DNA of 64,000 nt from Burkholderiales bacterium (GCA_046347985.1 JAXMFE010000012.1:35558-99557), one strand, 5' to 3'; positions 53,285-62,613 are shown, numbered from the stretch's first letter. The notes: generated by a model not told the origin, from the sequence alone. Made by a program: numbers and translations.

Positions 53285-54049
53285 ATGTCCCACATCCAGT
53301 TCGACGTCCGCGGACCCATCGCGCACATCGTGATCGACCGTCCCGACAAGAGGAACGCCATCACGTCCGAGATGTACGCTGCGCTTGCCGACGCGATCGA
53401 ACAGGCGGAGACCCGGGCCCAGGTTCGCGCCATGTATCTCCATGGCAGTGCCGAGTGCTTCAGCGCAGGCAATGACCTGAAGGACTTCATGGAACGTCCG
53501 CCCGAGGGCGAAGAAGCCCCCGTCTCGCGATTCCTGCGCGTGATCTCCTCCGCGACGAAGCCCATCGTTGCCGCGGTCGGCGGGCCTGCCGTCGGCATCG
53601 GTACGACCATGCTGCTTCACTGCGATTTCGTGTACGCGACGACGGCTGCGCGATTCCAGTTGCCCTTCGTCTCCCTCGGCCTCGTTCCCGAGGCGGCGTC
53701 CAGCCTGCTGCTGCCCATGATCGCCGGCTACCGGCGCGCCGCCGAACTGTTGATGCTCGGCAAGCCGTTCACTGCCGAGACGGCGCTCGCGGCGGGCATC
53801 GTCACCGAGATCGTCACCGACCAGGTCCTGCTTCTCCATGGGGAGGAGACGGCGCGCGCGCTGGCCGCGCTGCCGCCGGCCTCCGTCCGCCTGACCAAGC
53901 AACTCATGAAGGAAGGACACGCCGGTTCGGTGGCCGCGCGGATACTCCGGGAGCGCGACCTCTTCCGTGCGCAGCTTGCCTCGCCCGAGGCCAAGGAGGC
54001 GTTCACCGCCTTCTTCGAGAAACGCGCGCCGGATTTCTCCCGCTTCTGA
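53285..54049 (+). CDS. Enoyl-CoA hydratase/isomerase (crotonase) family protein
   Basis: 254 aa with IVIDRPDKRNAIT, FSAGNDLKDF, AAVGGPAVGIGTTMLLHCD. Confidence 0.9.
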   Translation: MSHIQFDVRGPIAHIVIDRPDKRNAITSEMYAALADAIEQAETRAQVRAMYLHGSAECFSAGNDLKDFMERPPEGEEAPVSRFLRVISSATKPIVAAVGGPAVGIGTTMLLHCDFVYATTAARFQLPFVSLGLVPEAASSLLLPMIAGYRRAAELLMLGKPFTAETALAAGIVTEIVTDQVLLLHGEETARALAALPPASVRLTKQLMKEGHAGSVAARILRERDLFRAQLASPEAKEAFTAFFEKRAPDFSRF

Positions 54050-54053
54050 CCGC

Positions 54054-54869
54054 ATGGGGGGCACGGACGTCGGGGCCGACGCGCGTTTCGACCGCTTCGT
54101 CGGCATCGACTACTCCGGCGCCGAGACGTCGGGACGCCGTCTTGCCGGTCTGCAGGTCTATGCCGCATCCCGCGGCGGCGAACCCGGACCCGTGATCCCC
54201 ATCGAAGGCGGACGCCACTGGAACCGCCGGGGCGTGGCCCGGTGGCTGCGCGATCGGATCCTCGGCGGGGAGCGCCTGCTGGTCGGCATCGACCACGGCT
54301 TCTCCTTTCCCGAGTCCTACTTCGAGCGCTACGCGCTGTCCGACTGGCCGACCTTTCTCGACGACTTCTGCCGGTACTGGCCGACGGCCGACGGCGACGT
54401 GCGTGTCGACGATGTGCGCACCGGCGCCGTGTGGCGGATCCGACCGTAGCCGGCGGGCGAGCGCGTGGGGCATTCCACCGATCTGCGCCTGTGCGAGCGC
54501 TGGACGTCTTCGGCCAAGAGCGTGTTCCTGTTCGACGTGCAGGGCTCGGTCGCCAAGTCGACGCACGCCGGCCTGCCGTGGCTGAAGTACCTGCGCGACG
54601 AGTGCGGCGCGCGCCTGCACTGGTGGCCGTTCGACGGCTGGCAGCCTGCGCCGGGTGCGTCGGTCATCGCCGAAATGTTCCCGTCCGTGTTCCGGCATCG
54701 CTATGCGAGAGCGGCACGGAGTGTCGATGCGCACGACGCCTGCGCGTTGGCGCGCTGGCTCGCGGACACCGAGGCGCGCGGTGCGCTGGCGCGCTATTTC
54801 GATCCGCCGCTGGACGATCGCGAACGTGCGCAAGCGTTGCGGGAGGGGTGGATTCTCGGCATCTCCTGA
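54054..54869 (+). pseudogene. Conserved-hypothetical gene interrupted by one in-frame TAG (two halves of 131 and 134 codons in the same frame)
   Basis: ORFs 54054-54449 and 54465-54869 share a reading frame (both start coordinates are divisible by 3). Reading through gives ...VWRIRP-TAG-PAGERVGHSTDLRLCERW... Both halves have high GC3. Confidence 0.6.
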
Positions 54870-54944
54870 CACGGCGCGCGGTTGCACCGCCGTTCCATGC
54901 TGCTATCGTATGCAACCCAGTCACGACAATGCAGGAGCCAAGAG

Positions 54945-55430
54945 ATGAAACTTCGCAACGCGCTCGCCGCCGCACTCGCCGTCACGCTCGGCGCTTCCAT
55001 CGCTCCGACGTTCGCACAGGACAAGAAGACGGTCCTCAACATCGAGACCGCGCGAAAGATGGCGGCCGCGTGCGTGGCCAAGGCCAAGGCCGAAGGCTGG
55101 CGCATGAACATCGCCATCCTCGACGACGGCGCCAACCTGAAGTACTTCGAGCGCATGGACGGCTCGTTCCTGGGCAGCGTGCAGATCGCGCAGTTGAAGG
55201 CCAACACCTCGGCCTCGTTCCCGTTCCCGTCGAAGTTGCTCGGTGAGATTGCACAGCGTATTCCGGGCATCGCGTTCGTTCCGGGGCTGGTCACGTTCGA
55301 GGGCGGAGTGCCCGTCAAGACCGCTTCGGGCGAGCACATCGGTTCCATCGGCGTGAGCGGCGCATCGGCCGAGCAGGACGGTCAATGCGCCCAGGCAGCG
55401 CTGGACGCCGTGAAGGACGATCTGAAGTAA
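54945..55430 (+). CDS. GlcG/HbpS-like (DUF336) protein, secreted
   Basis: Start re-picked to ATG 54945 with AGGAG upstream. Signal peptide MKLRNALAAALAVTLGASIAPTFA. DUF336 core (AILDDGANLKYFERMDG...GGVPV...GSIGVSGA). Confidence 0.75.
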   Translation: MKLRNALAAALAVTLGASIAPTFAQDKKTVLNIETARKMAAACVAKAKAEGWRMNIAILDDGANLKYFERMDGSFLGSVQIAQLKANTSASFPFPSKLLGEIAQRIPGIAFVPGLVTFEGGVPVKTASGEHIGSIGVSGASAEQDGQCAQAALDAVKDDLK

Positions 55431-55478
55431 ACCGGCGCTGCGGCCGCCTCGCCGTGCAGCGTCGGCGCGGCGAGGGGC

Positions 55479-56009
55479 TCAGTGCCCCTCGAAGGAAACG
55501 AGGGCGAAGAGCGGCACCGACAGTCTTGTCAGACGAGCGCGCCCGTCGAGTTCCGGCAGTTCGATGACGACGGCGGTCTCGACGACTTCCGCCCCGATCC
55601 GTCGCAGCAACTGAACCGTTGCGGCGGCGGTTCCGCCCGTGGCGATCAGATCATCCACGACCAGCACCCGCTGTCCGGCCGTGACGGCGTCGACGTGCAT
55701 CTCCAGCCGGTCTCTCCCGTACTCGAGCGCGTAGTCCACCCCGAAGGTGGCAGCGGGCAGCTTGCCCGCCTTGCGGACCGGCACGAAGCCTGCGCCCAGC
55801 GCATAGGCGAGCGGGGCACCGAGGATGAACCCGCGGGATTCGATGCCGGCCACCTTGGCCACGCGTTCCGCGGCATATCGCGCGGCCAATCGGTCGATGA
55901 CCTGTCGAAACGCATCGCCGTTTCCGAGGAAGGTCGTGACATCGCGGAACCGGATGCCCGGCTTCGGATAGTCGGGGATCGTGCGGATCAGGGCGGCCAG
56001 GTCTTTCAT
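55479..56009 (-). CDS. apt: Adenine phosphoribosyltransferase
   Basis: 176 aa with IPDYPKPGIRFRDVT and the PRPP motif VLVVDDLIATGGT. Confidence 0.95.
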   Translation of the reverse strand: MKDLAALIRTIPDYPKPGIRFRDVTTFLGNGDAFRQVIDRLAARYAAERVAKVAGIESRGFILGAPLAYALGAGFVPVRKAGKLPAATFGVDYALEYGRDRLEMHVDAVTAGQRVLVVDDLIATGGTAAATVQLLRRIGAEVVETAVVIELPELDGRARLTRLSVPLFALVSFEGH

Positions 56010-57079
56010 CGACGATCCTTCTTCAGCGCGGCGTAGTCATAGGGCAGCGTCGGGTAGTGCGCTTCCCGGGGCATCGCCCGCTCGATGGCCGCAAACCGAT
56101 CCTCGCTTGCCGGATGCGACGAGATCAGGGCGGGCATGCGGTCGCCTTCCCTGGCCATCTTGCGGAAGAAGTCGAGCATGCCTCTCGGGTCGATGTGGTT
56201 GGCCACGAGCCTGGCGAGACCCAGCCGGTCCGCCTCGGCTTCCTGATCGCGCGAGAACTTCAGGTTCCCGAGGTTTTCGGCCCACGCGGCCGCCATGGAG
56301 CCGCCGGCCTCTCCCAATACCAGCGACAGCGTGATCCGCCATCCGGCCGAGTGCGCGAGTCCGCGCAGTCCGTGGCGCCGTTCGACGTGCTGTACCTCGT
56401 GGGCCAGCACGCCCGCCACTTCCTCGGCCGAGTCCGCCTTCTCCAGGAGTCCGGTGTGGAATACGACGAACCCGCCCGGCATCGCGAACGCGTTCACCGT
56501 CGGGTCGCGGGTGATGTGGAATTCGTAGGGATACGGTGACCCGCGGGTGATGCGCGCACCGAGTTCGCGCAGCATCGGCAAGGCGGGATGATCGTCCGCA
56601 ATGGCCAGGGCCTGCCGCTGCTGTGCGAACGCCTGGCGGCCCAGCGCGATCTCCGTCTCGACCGGAATCTGCGCCACGGCCCAGTCGATGATCCGGTCCG
56701 TCTGCGACAGGAATGCCGCGAGCAGCAGCAGCGGCAGCGCGATCAGCGCGATCATCAGGCCCATCGACCACCGTCGTGTCGTCGCGCCCGGGCTGCTGCC
56801 CTTCTGATTCGGTTTCGCGAGGAAGCCGCGCAGTGTCGTCTTGGCGGATTCGTCCGAGACGGTCAGGGTGAAATGTCCCTCGTCCGTCGGCCATTCGAGG
56901 AAGAGCTGGGAATCGTTGAAGCCGCCGGTCCGCCACGGCAGGTTCTGCCAGCCCGGGACCATCACCCGGGCGTGCTCGCCCTCGAGCGAGAGCCCGAACG
57001 TCGACGCCGTGACGGTGACCGGAGTGCCCTCGGACGGGCACCCCGGTCCGTAGAGACGCGCGCCGAGCATGACACCCAT
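56006..57079 (-). CDS. M48-family zinc metallopeptidase with an N-terminal cytoplasmic domain and one TM helix
   Basis: HEVQHVERRH (HExxH), a downstream EAEAD, and the TM helix LMIALIALPLLLLAAFL. The stop overlaps the apt start (ATGA). Confidence 0.85.
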   Translation of the reverse strand: MGVMLGARLYGPGCPSEGTPVTVTASTFGLSLEGEHARVMVPGWQNLPWRTGGFNDSQLFLEWPTDEGHFTLTVSDESAKTTLRGFLAKPNQKGSSPGATTRRWSMGLMIALIALPLLLLAAFLSQTDRIIDWAVAQIPVETEIALGRQAFAQQRQALAIADDHPALPMLRELGARITRGSPYPYEFHITRDPTVNAFAMPGGFVVFHTGLLEKADSAEEVAGVLAHEVQHVERRHGLRGLAHSAGWRITLSLVLGEAGGSMAAAWAENLGNLKFSRDQEAEADRLGLARLVANHIDPRGMLDFFRKMAREGDRMPALISSHPASEDRFAAIERAMPREAHYPTLPYDYAALKKDRR

Positions 57080-57088
57080 CGCGAGGCG

Positions 57089-57895
57089 CTACTCGTCGTC
57101 GCCGCCGAGCAGCCCGCCGAGTGCTGCACCGCCCAGCATGCCGCCGAGCACCGACCCCTGTTCCCGCTGGCCGCCCGTCTGCGGCGCGGCCGCAAAGATC
57201 CGGCTCGCCATGCGCGACAGCGGAAGCGACTGGAGGTACACGGTGCCCGGACCGCGGAGCGTGGCGAAGAAGAGCCCCTCGCCCCCGAACAACGCGGTCT
57301 TGACCTTGCCCACGTACTCGATGTCGTAGTCCACCGTGGGCTGCATGCCGACCAGACAGCCCGTGTCCACGCGCAGCAGTTCGCCCGGCGCCAGATCCTT
57401 CTTCATCAGCATGCCGCCGGCGTGAATGAAGGCCAGGCCGTCCCCTTCGAGCTTCTCCATGATGAATCCCTCGCCACCGAAGAAGCCCACTCCCAGACGC
57501 TTCTGGAACGCGATGCCGACGGCTACGCCGCGCGCGGCGCACAGGAAGGAGTCCTTCTGGCAGATGAATGTGCCGCCGATCCTGGAGAGGTCGATCGGCA
57601 CGATGCGGCCGGGGTAGGGCGCTGCGAACGCCAGGCGGCGCTTGCCGTTGCCCTGGTTCGTGTAGACCGTCATGAAGAGCGACTCGCCGGTCAGCAGTCG
57701 CTTGCCTGCCCCGACCAGCTTGCTGAAGAAGCCGCCTTGCTGGCTGCCGTCGCCGAAGATGGTATCGAGGGTGATGCCTTCCTGCATGTACATCATGCTG
57801 CCGGCTTCTCCGACCGCCGCCTCGCCGGGGTCGAGTTCGACCTCCACGTACTGGATGTCTTCGCCGAAGATTTCGTAGTCGATCACGTCTGCCAT
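57089..57895 (-). CDS. TIGR00266/AIM24-like (DUF124) family protein
   Basis: 268 aa, [26 protein letters not shown]...[18 protein letters not shown], with a Gly-rich C-terminal tail. Confidence 0.8.
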   Translation of the reverse strand: MADVIDYEIFGEDIQYVEVELDPGEAAVGEAGSMMYMQEGITLDTIFGDGSQQGGFFSKLVGAGKRLLTGESLFMTVYTNQGNGKRRLAFAAPYPGRIVPIDLSRIGGTFICQKDSFLCAARGVAVGIAFQKRLGVGFFGGEGFIMEKLEGDGLAFIHAGGMLMKKDLAPGELLRVDTGCLVGMQPTVDYDIEYVGKVKTALFGGEGLFFATLRGPGTVYLQSLPLSRMASRIFAAAPQTGGQREQGSVLGGMLGGAALGGLLGGDDE

Positions 57896-58374
57896 GGTGG
57901 TGTGCTTCCAGTAGGAGAAGGGTGAGGGCGCTCCGCCGGAGCGCGAGGGGCCGGATTATGGCGAAACGGGCGGCAGATGGTGGCGGCCTGTCCCGCAATC
58001 AAGTCCGCGGGCGCACGTCGCACCGCTTGCGGCATCGAATCACCGTCCGGCCCGAGGCAGGCGTCCGGCCGGAGCGCTGGTGGCGTGAGCCGCAGCGATG
58101 ACCCGATGCCGGCCTTTTGCGAGATCGACCGGGTCGGGCGTAGCATGCGATGTCCGTCGACTTCGTTCTCCGTGCGAATGCGGGTCGCCCGTTCGGGCCC
58201 GCGGACGCCGTGGCGACGGGATCGCCGCAGGAAATCGCGCGACCCGATGCGTGGCAACCGCGCCGCCGCCAGTGGCACGGGTCGAATGTTCAAGGCGCGC
58301 GTCGATCGCCGCGCGGTCCGGCATCGGTGTCGGTGTGCGACGTCCCGGACCTCTCCTTTCCGGCCTCGAATGCG

Positions 58375-58797
58375 ATGAGTGAATTGAAGGATAGGATCTC
58401 CGCCAGTTTCCAGTCGCAGGGACTGATGTCGACCCTCGGCGCCGAGCTTGTCCTGGTGGCAGCGGGCGAAGTGCAGATCGCGCTCCCGTTCGGCAAGCAT
58501 CTGTCCCAGCAGCACGGATACGTTCACGCCGGCGCGATCACCAGCATCGTCGACAGCGCGTGCGGCTACGCTGCCCTGACCCGGTCGCCGCCCGGTCACG
58601 AAGTGGTCACGGCCGAATTCAAGATCAACCTGTTGCGGCCGGCGCTGGGGGATCGCTTCCTCGCGATCGGACGCGTCCAGAATGCCGGCAGGCTCCTGAC
58701 GGTCTGTACCGGCGAGGTCCGGGCCTTCGGCGGGCAGGCGTCGCCATACAAGGTGATCGCGCTCATGCAGGCGACCATCGTCAACGTCGCATTGTGA
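58375..58797 (+). CDS. PaaI-family (hotdog fold) thioesterase
   Basis: Start re-picked to ATG 58375. Motif GYVHAGAITSIVDSACGYAA. 140 aa. Confidence 0.85.
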   Translation: MSELKDRISASFQSQGLMSTLGAELVLVAAGEVQIALPFGKHLSQQHGYVHAGAITSIVDSACGYAALTRSPPGHEVVTAEFKINLLRPALGDRFLAIGRVQNAGRLLTVCTGEVRAFGGQASPYKVIALMQATIVNVAL

Positions 58798-58890
58798 GGA
58801 CGCCCGCCCGCCGCTCGGCGTGACGGACGGCGTCGCAGTCAGCCGGCCGGCCTGGTCGGCCCGTCGTTCGTCCTCGGAAGGAGAGCGAAG

Positions 58891-59300
58891 ATGCAGAGTC
58901 TCGAATCGCTTCAGGCGTTGTGGGCGCCGCTGCTGCCCGGCCTCATGGGAATCGCGTTCCGGGAGGCCGGCGCCGAGCGCGTCGTCGCCACCCTGGTGGC
59001 GCGCACCGACCTCTGCACCACCGGCGGAGCCCTTCACGGCGGCGCGCTCATGGCTCTTGCCGATACCCTGGGGGCGGTCGGGACGCTCCAGAATCTGCCG
59101 GCAGGGACCGGGACCACGACATCGATTCCAGCACGAAGTTCATTCGCGGCATTCGTGAAGGCGCGACCGTGACTGCGGAGTGCACGCCGTTTCATCGGGG
59201 CAGGACCACGATGGTCTGGCAGACGCTGATCATGGACGAGGACGGACGACTGTGCGCGGTGGTCACCCAGACGCAACTGGTCCTGCCTGAGAAGCGCTGA
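58891..59300 (+). pseudogene. Second PaaI-family thioesterase, disrupted by a 1-nt frameshift near 59119-59121
   Basis: The N-half is in the frame of ORF 58891 (GALHGGALMALADTLGAVG...PAGTGTTT). The C-half is in the frame of ORF 58920 (IDSSTKFIRGIREGATVTAECTPFHRGRTTMVWQ). Joined, they give a ~136-aa canonical PaaI protein. Confidence 0.7.
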
Positions 59301-59399
59301 TACCGGATCGTCCGGACGATCGGCGTGCGCGCGCGTTCGCCGTCCGAAGGGGCCGGTGCCGCATCCCCGAGGCGAACGCCTTTCCACACCGGGTCGAAC

Positions 59400-59714
59400 C
59401 GAAGCCACGGTGGCCGATCCGGCGTCCGCCGGGCCTCCTCGATCTGTCCCCGATTCCAGCCGCCAGAAGCGCTCCCGTCCCGATTCGACGTCGCGGACCA
59501 CGCCGGCATCGGCGAGTACCCGGAGGCGCCTGGTCACCCCCTGAAGGCTGCGGTCCGCGTATGCCGTGCACTGGGCGATCGGGAAACGGGCGGCATCGCC
59601 GAGCGCTGCGAAGACGGTCGCGAGGGTTTCGCTCCGACCGAAGCGCGCGTCAGGGTCGATGCTGCGCCGGCGACTCGTGGGAATTGTCGATACCGGCTGA
59701 TGCGAGCGTGGCAT
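59400..59714 (-). pseudogene. Possible ArsR/SmtB-like winged-HTH regulator remnant; boundaries and frame integrity uncertain
   Basis: The minus-frame segment from ATG 59714 (ATVFAALGDAARFPIAQCTAYADRSLQGVTRRLRVLADAGVVRDVESGRERFWRLE) resembles the ArsR recognition helix and wing. GC3 is only about 75% and the best-GC3 frame switches downstream. Confidence 0.25.
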
Positions 59715-60235
59715 GGGGCCGTTCTCTCCCGTCCATGTCAACGGCGATCTCGCGCTGAGTTCGACGAGACTCCGGGCTCCGTGCCGGACCGGCACGACTG
59801 CTTCCGCGTGAGCGGCGCGGCGTTCGACGCGAGCCCCGGTCGGATCATCGCGGCCGATCTGTCCTGCGGGAGCACGCCCCGCGTCCCGGTCGATGGTCGC
59901 GTCGACACCGCCTGCCGGGAACGCATCGCGTACGGGAGCGAGCCCGACGGCCAGGTGCGGGAGATCCCGACGTTCGGCTGCCCCAGTGGATGCGGAATGA
60001 CGGCGCCCCGGGGCACGCATCGGACTCGGCGAGTCGCAGGCGCAAACGGCGGGCTCCCGGTGGCCGCACTCGCGGCCGAGCGGCAGACTCGGTCATCCCG
60101 CCGGATTGCGTTTCGTCAAGGCATGGGCGGTGCAGGGCGATAGAGTCGAAACAGAGCCGGATCATGTCGCGACCGATCTCATGCGTCGGTCACGTCGGAA
60201 CCGGCAGACGACATCCTTCGAAGGAGACCTGCACC

Positions 60236-60877
60236 ATGACACTGTCACGCCTGCTGATTGCGACCGCACTCGCCACCGCCTTGCCGGCGCTTGCCGCCAC
60301 CAGTACGTTCGACACCGGAACGGAGGGCTGGACCGCTCAAGGGGATGTCGAAGGGGCGATCCAGTGGATCGGGACGGGTGGCCGCCCCGGCGGGCACGTC
60401 TTCATCGATGATCGAACCGTCGGAGGCGTGACTTACTTCGTTGCCCCTGCCGCTTTCCGTGGCGATCGATCCGGAGCGCTGGGAACGAACCTGACGTTCG
60501 ACCTGCAGCAGGTCTATCCCGGCAGTCCGAATCAGTTCGACTCGTCGGACGTGATTCTCGAAGGCAACGGACAGACGCTCGTCTTCGACACGACGGCGAA
60601 TCCGACGAATGGCGCGTGGACGTCGTACGCGGTGCCGTTGTCGGCGCCGGGATGGAAGGTCAGTGCCCTGTCGGGCGCGGCGGCCACGCCTGAGCAGTTC
60701 GCGGCGGTCCTGGCGAATCTGACGGCGCTCAAGATCCGCGCGGAATACCAGACGGGCGCGGACGTCGGTCATCTCGACAACGTCGCCCTGGTACCCGAAC
60801 CGGGGACGTGGGCCATGCTGTTGGCCGGGGTGTGCTGCCTGGGGCTGGCGTTCCGACGGGGACGGACGAGCGCGTAG
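60236..60877 (+). CDS. PEP-CTERM-anchored secreted protein
   Basis: Start re-picked to ATG 60236 with AAGGAGA upstream. Signal peptide MTLSRLLIATALATALPALA. C-terminal PEP-CTERM sorting signal VPEPGTWAMLLAGVCCLGLAFRRGR. Confidence 0.8.
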   Translation: MTLSRLLIATALATALPALAATSTFDTGTEGWTAQGDVEGAIQWIGTGGRPGGHVFIDDRTVGGVTYFVAPAAFRGDRSGALGTNLTFDLQQVYPGSPNQFDSSDVILEGNGQTLVFDTTANPTNGAWTSYAVPLSAPGWKVSALSGAAATPEQFAAVLANLTALKIRAEYQTGADVGHLDNVALVPEPGTWAMLLAGVCCLGLAFRRGRTSA

Positions 60878-61191
60878 TTCGCGGTTCGAGACGGCGCGGG
60901 ACCGATCCCCGGCGACCGTGCGGACCTTGCCGTAGCGGACGCGCCGGTCGTCCAAGGTTCCACCTCGTCGGGCGGCCGCGGCGGCCCGGCTCGCGGTGCC
61001 CGGCGCGCTCCCCGTTTTTCTCCAGGCGGTGCAGACGCAAGCGGCCTGCGAACGGTTCTGCAGAGCCTGCGCTCGTCTCCCTGACGAATCGGCGTCCTGC
61101 CGGTCGAGCCAGCGCCCGCGCAGGGGAGTGCGGGGCCGCGCGCCCGAAGCATCGATGCGATACTGACGTGGAGATCGCCACGAGGTACGCC

Positions 61192-62355
61192 ATGAGACTC
61201 CTGGACCGGATCGACGTTCGCGGTGCCCATGCCAGGCGGATCGAACTCCTGCAGGGCGACATGACGGCGCTCGCGCCCGGAGAGGGTTTCGATCTGCTGG
61301 TCGTGTCGGCCTTCCCCGGCGACTACACACCGACGCCGGGTTCGCTCATCGGGGCGCTGCAGCGGAAAGGGTTGTCGGTGCAGGCGCTCTCGCAGGACAT
61401 GGCCGTCGATCTCCGGGATGCCTACGCGTCCTGGGTGTCGAACGCCTTCGATATGCCGGACGCCGATCTGCGGTTCCATCGCGTGCTGTGCTTCGAGCCG
61501 CGCGAGCGGGGGCGTCCGCCGGAGCGGGTCGGGGACATCTTCCGGGCGCTGACACCGATCCTCGCGGAGGCCCCGGAAATCCGGACGGTCGCCCTGCCGC
61601 TGATCGCCACCGGCGATCAAGGCTACGACGTGGACGAGATGCTCACGCCGCTGCTCGATGCCGCGATCCAGTGGCTGGAGCGCGGCCTGCCGCTGGAGGC
61701 ACTCAAGATCGTGACCCGCTCGGCGTCCGACGCGAACGATGCCGCGAAGATCTTCTCGGCCCGGGCCGACCGGTACGGGCGCAGGGCACCCGCGCCACCC
61801 CCGTTCGAGTCCCGGGCGATTCCCGGGATGGGTGCCGACGTCGCGACGCCGATCACGGTGCCTGTCCCTGCTCCCGCTGCGGTGGCGGCCCCTGCGCCGG
61901 AGCCTCTGCCGCCCGTCGATTTCGATGTCTTCATCAGCTACGCCCGGGAGAATGCCCCGGAGAGCGAGGCCCTCGAAAAGGCACTGCGCCAGTCCCGTCC
62001 GGATCTCCGGATCTTCGTCGACCGCAAGGAAATCGACATCGGCGCCGCATGGCAGCCCGAGATCTTCGAAACGCTGGATCGCTGCCGCAAGGTCGTGGCG
62101 CTGCTGTCGCCGGCCTATCTCGGTTCGAAGGTCTGCAAGGAGGAGTTCAACATCGCCTGGATCCGGGGGCGCGAAACCGGCACGGACGTGATCTTCCCCG
62201 TGTACCTGTACACGACGGCGCTGCCGACCTACATGAAGTACCACAGCTACGTCGATTGCCGCGAGGGCGATGCCGCCAGGCTGTCCGAGGCATCGACCCG
62301 GCTGCTCGCCGCGCTGGACCGTGGGGGAGAGACTCGTCGGGTCGACGGACCCTAA
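61192..62355 (+). CDS. Macro-like domain / Pro-Ala linker / TIR domain fusion protein
   Basis: Start re-picked to ATG 61192 with GAGG 6 nt upstream; 387 aa. N-domain motifs: LLQGDMT, DLLVVSAF, RVLCFEP, ALPLIATGDQGY. C-domain motifs: DVFISYA, IFVDRKEIDIGAAW, VVALLSPAYLGSKVCKEEF, IFPVYL. Native GC3. Confidence 0.8.
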   Translation: MRLLDRIDVRGAHARRIELLQGDMTALAPGEGFDLLVVSAFPGDYTPTPGSLIGALQRKGLSVQALSQDMAVDLRDAYASWVSNAFDMPDADLRFHRVLCFEPRERGRPPERVGDIFRALTPILAEAPEIRTVALPLIATGDQGYDVDEMLTPLLDAAIQWLERGLPLEALKIVTRSASDANDAAKIFSARADRYGRRAPAPPPFESRAIPGMGADVATPITVPVPAPAAVAAPAPEPLPPVDFDVFISYARENAPESEALEKALRQSRPDLRIFVDRKEIDIGAAWQPEIFETLDRCRKVVALLSPAYLGSKVCKEEFNIAWIRGRETGTDVIFPVYLYTTALPTYMKYHSYVDCREGDAARLSEASTRLLAALDRGGETRRVDGP

Positions 62356-62613
62356 TCCCGCACCGGACATCGGCCGATAGAGCGGGGAGCGGCACCGGCG
62401 TCATTGCGGTGCCTACCCCCCGCCCCCGGATCGAATCATGTCGACACGATCTTGTCCCGTGTTCCCGGCCCGACGCCTGTCGCCGTGTGCCGCGCTGGGA
62501 TCGCGCGAGCGATCGCGCGGGAATCCGGCATCGCCGGCGGCAGACGGGGCGGCTGCGTCCCACCGGATGCCCATGGGTCGGGTCCTGCCCGTGAGTGCCC
62601 TGACGAGACATCG

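Noticed and set aside
54447-54449. In-frame TAG as programmed recoding (pyrrolysine or a suppressor)
   Set aside because: There are no pyl genes or other recoding context in the window, and this is a proteobacterial background. A nonsense mutation or sequencing error is far more likely.
59110-59125. Programmed -1 ribosomal frameshift in the second PaaI gene
   Set aside because: The sequence at the shift (ACCACGACATCGAT) has no X-XXY-YYZ slippery heptamer, and no downstream stimulatory structure was noticed.
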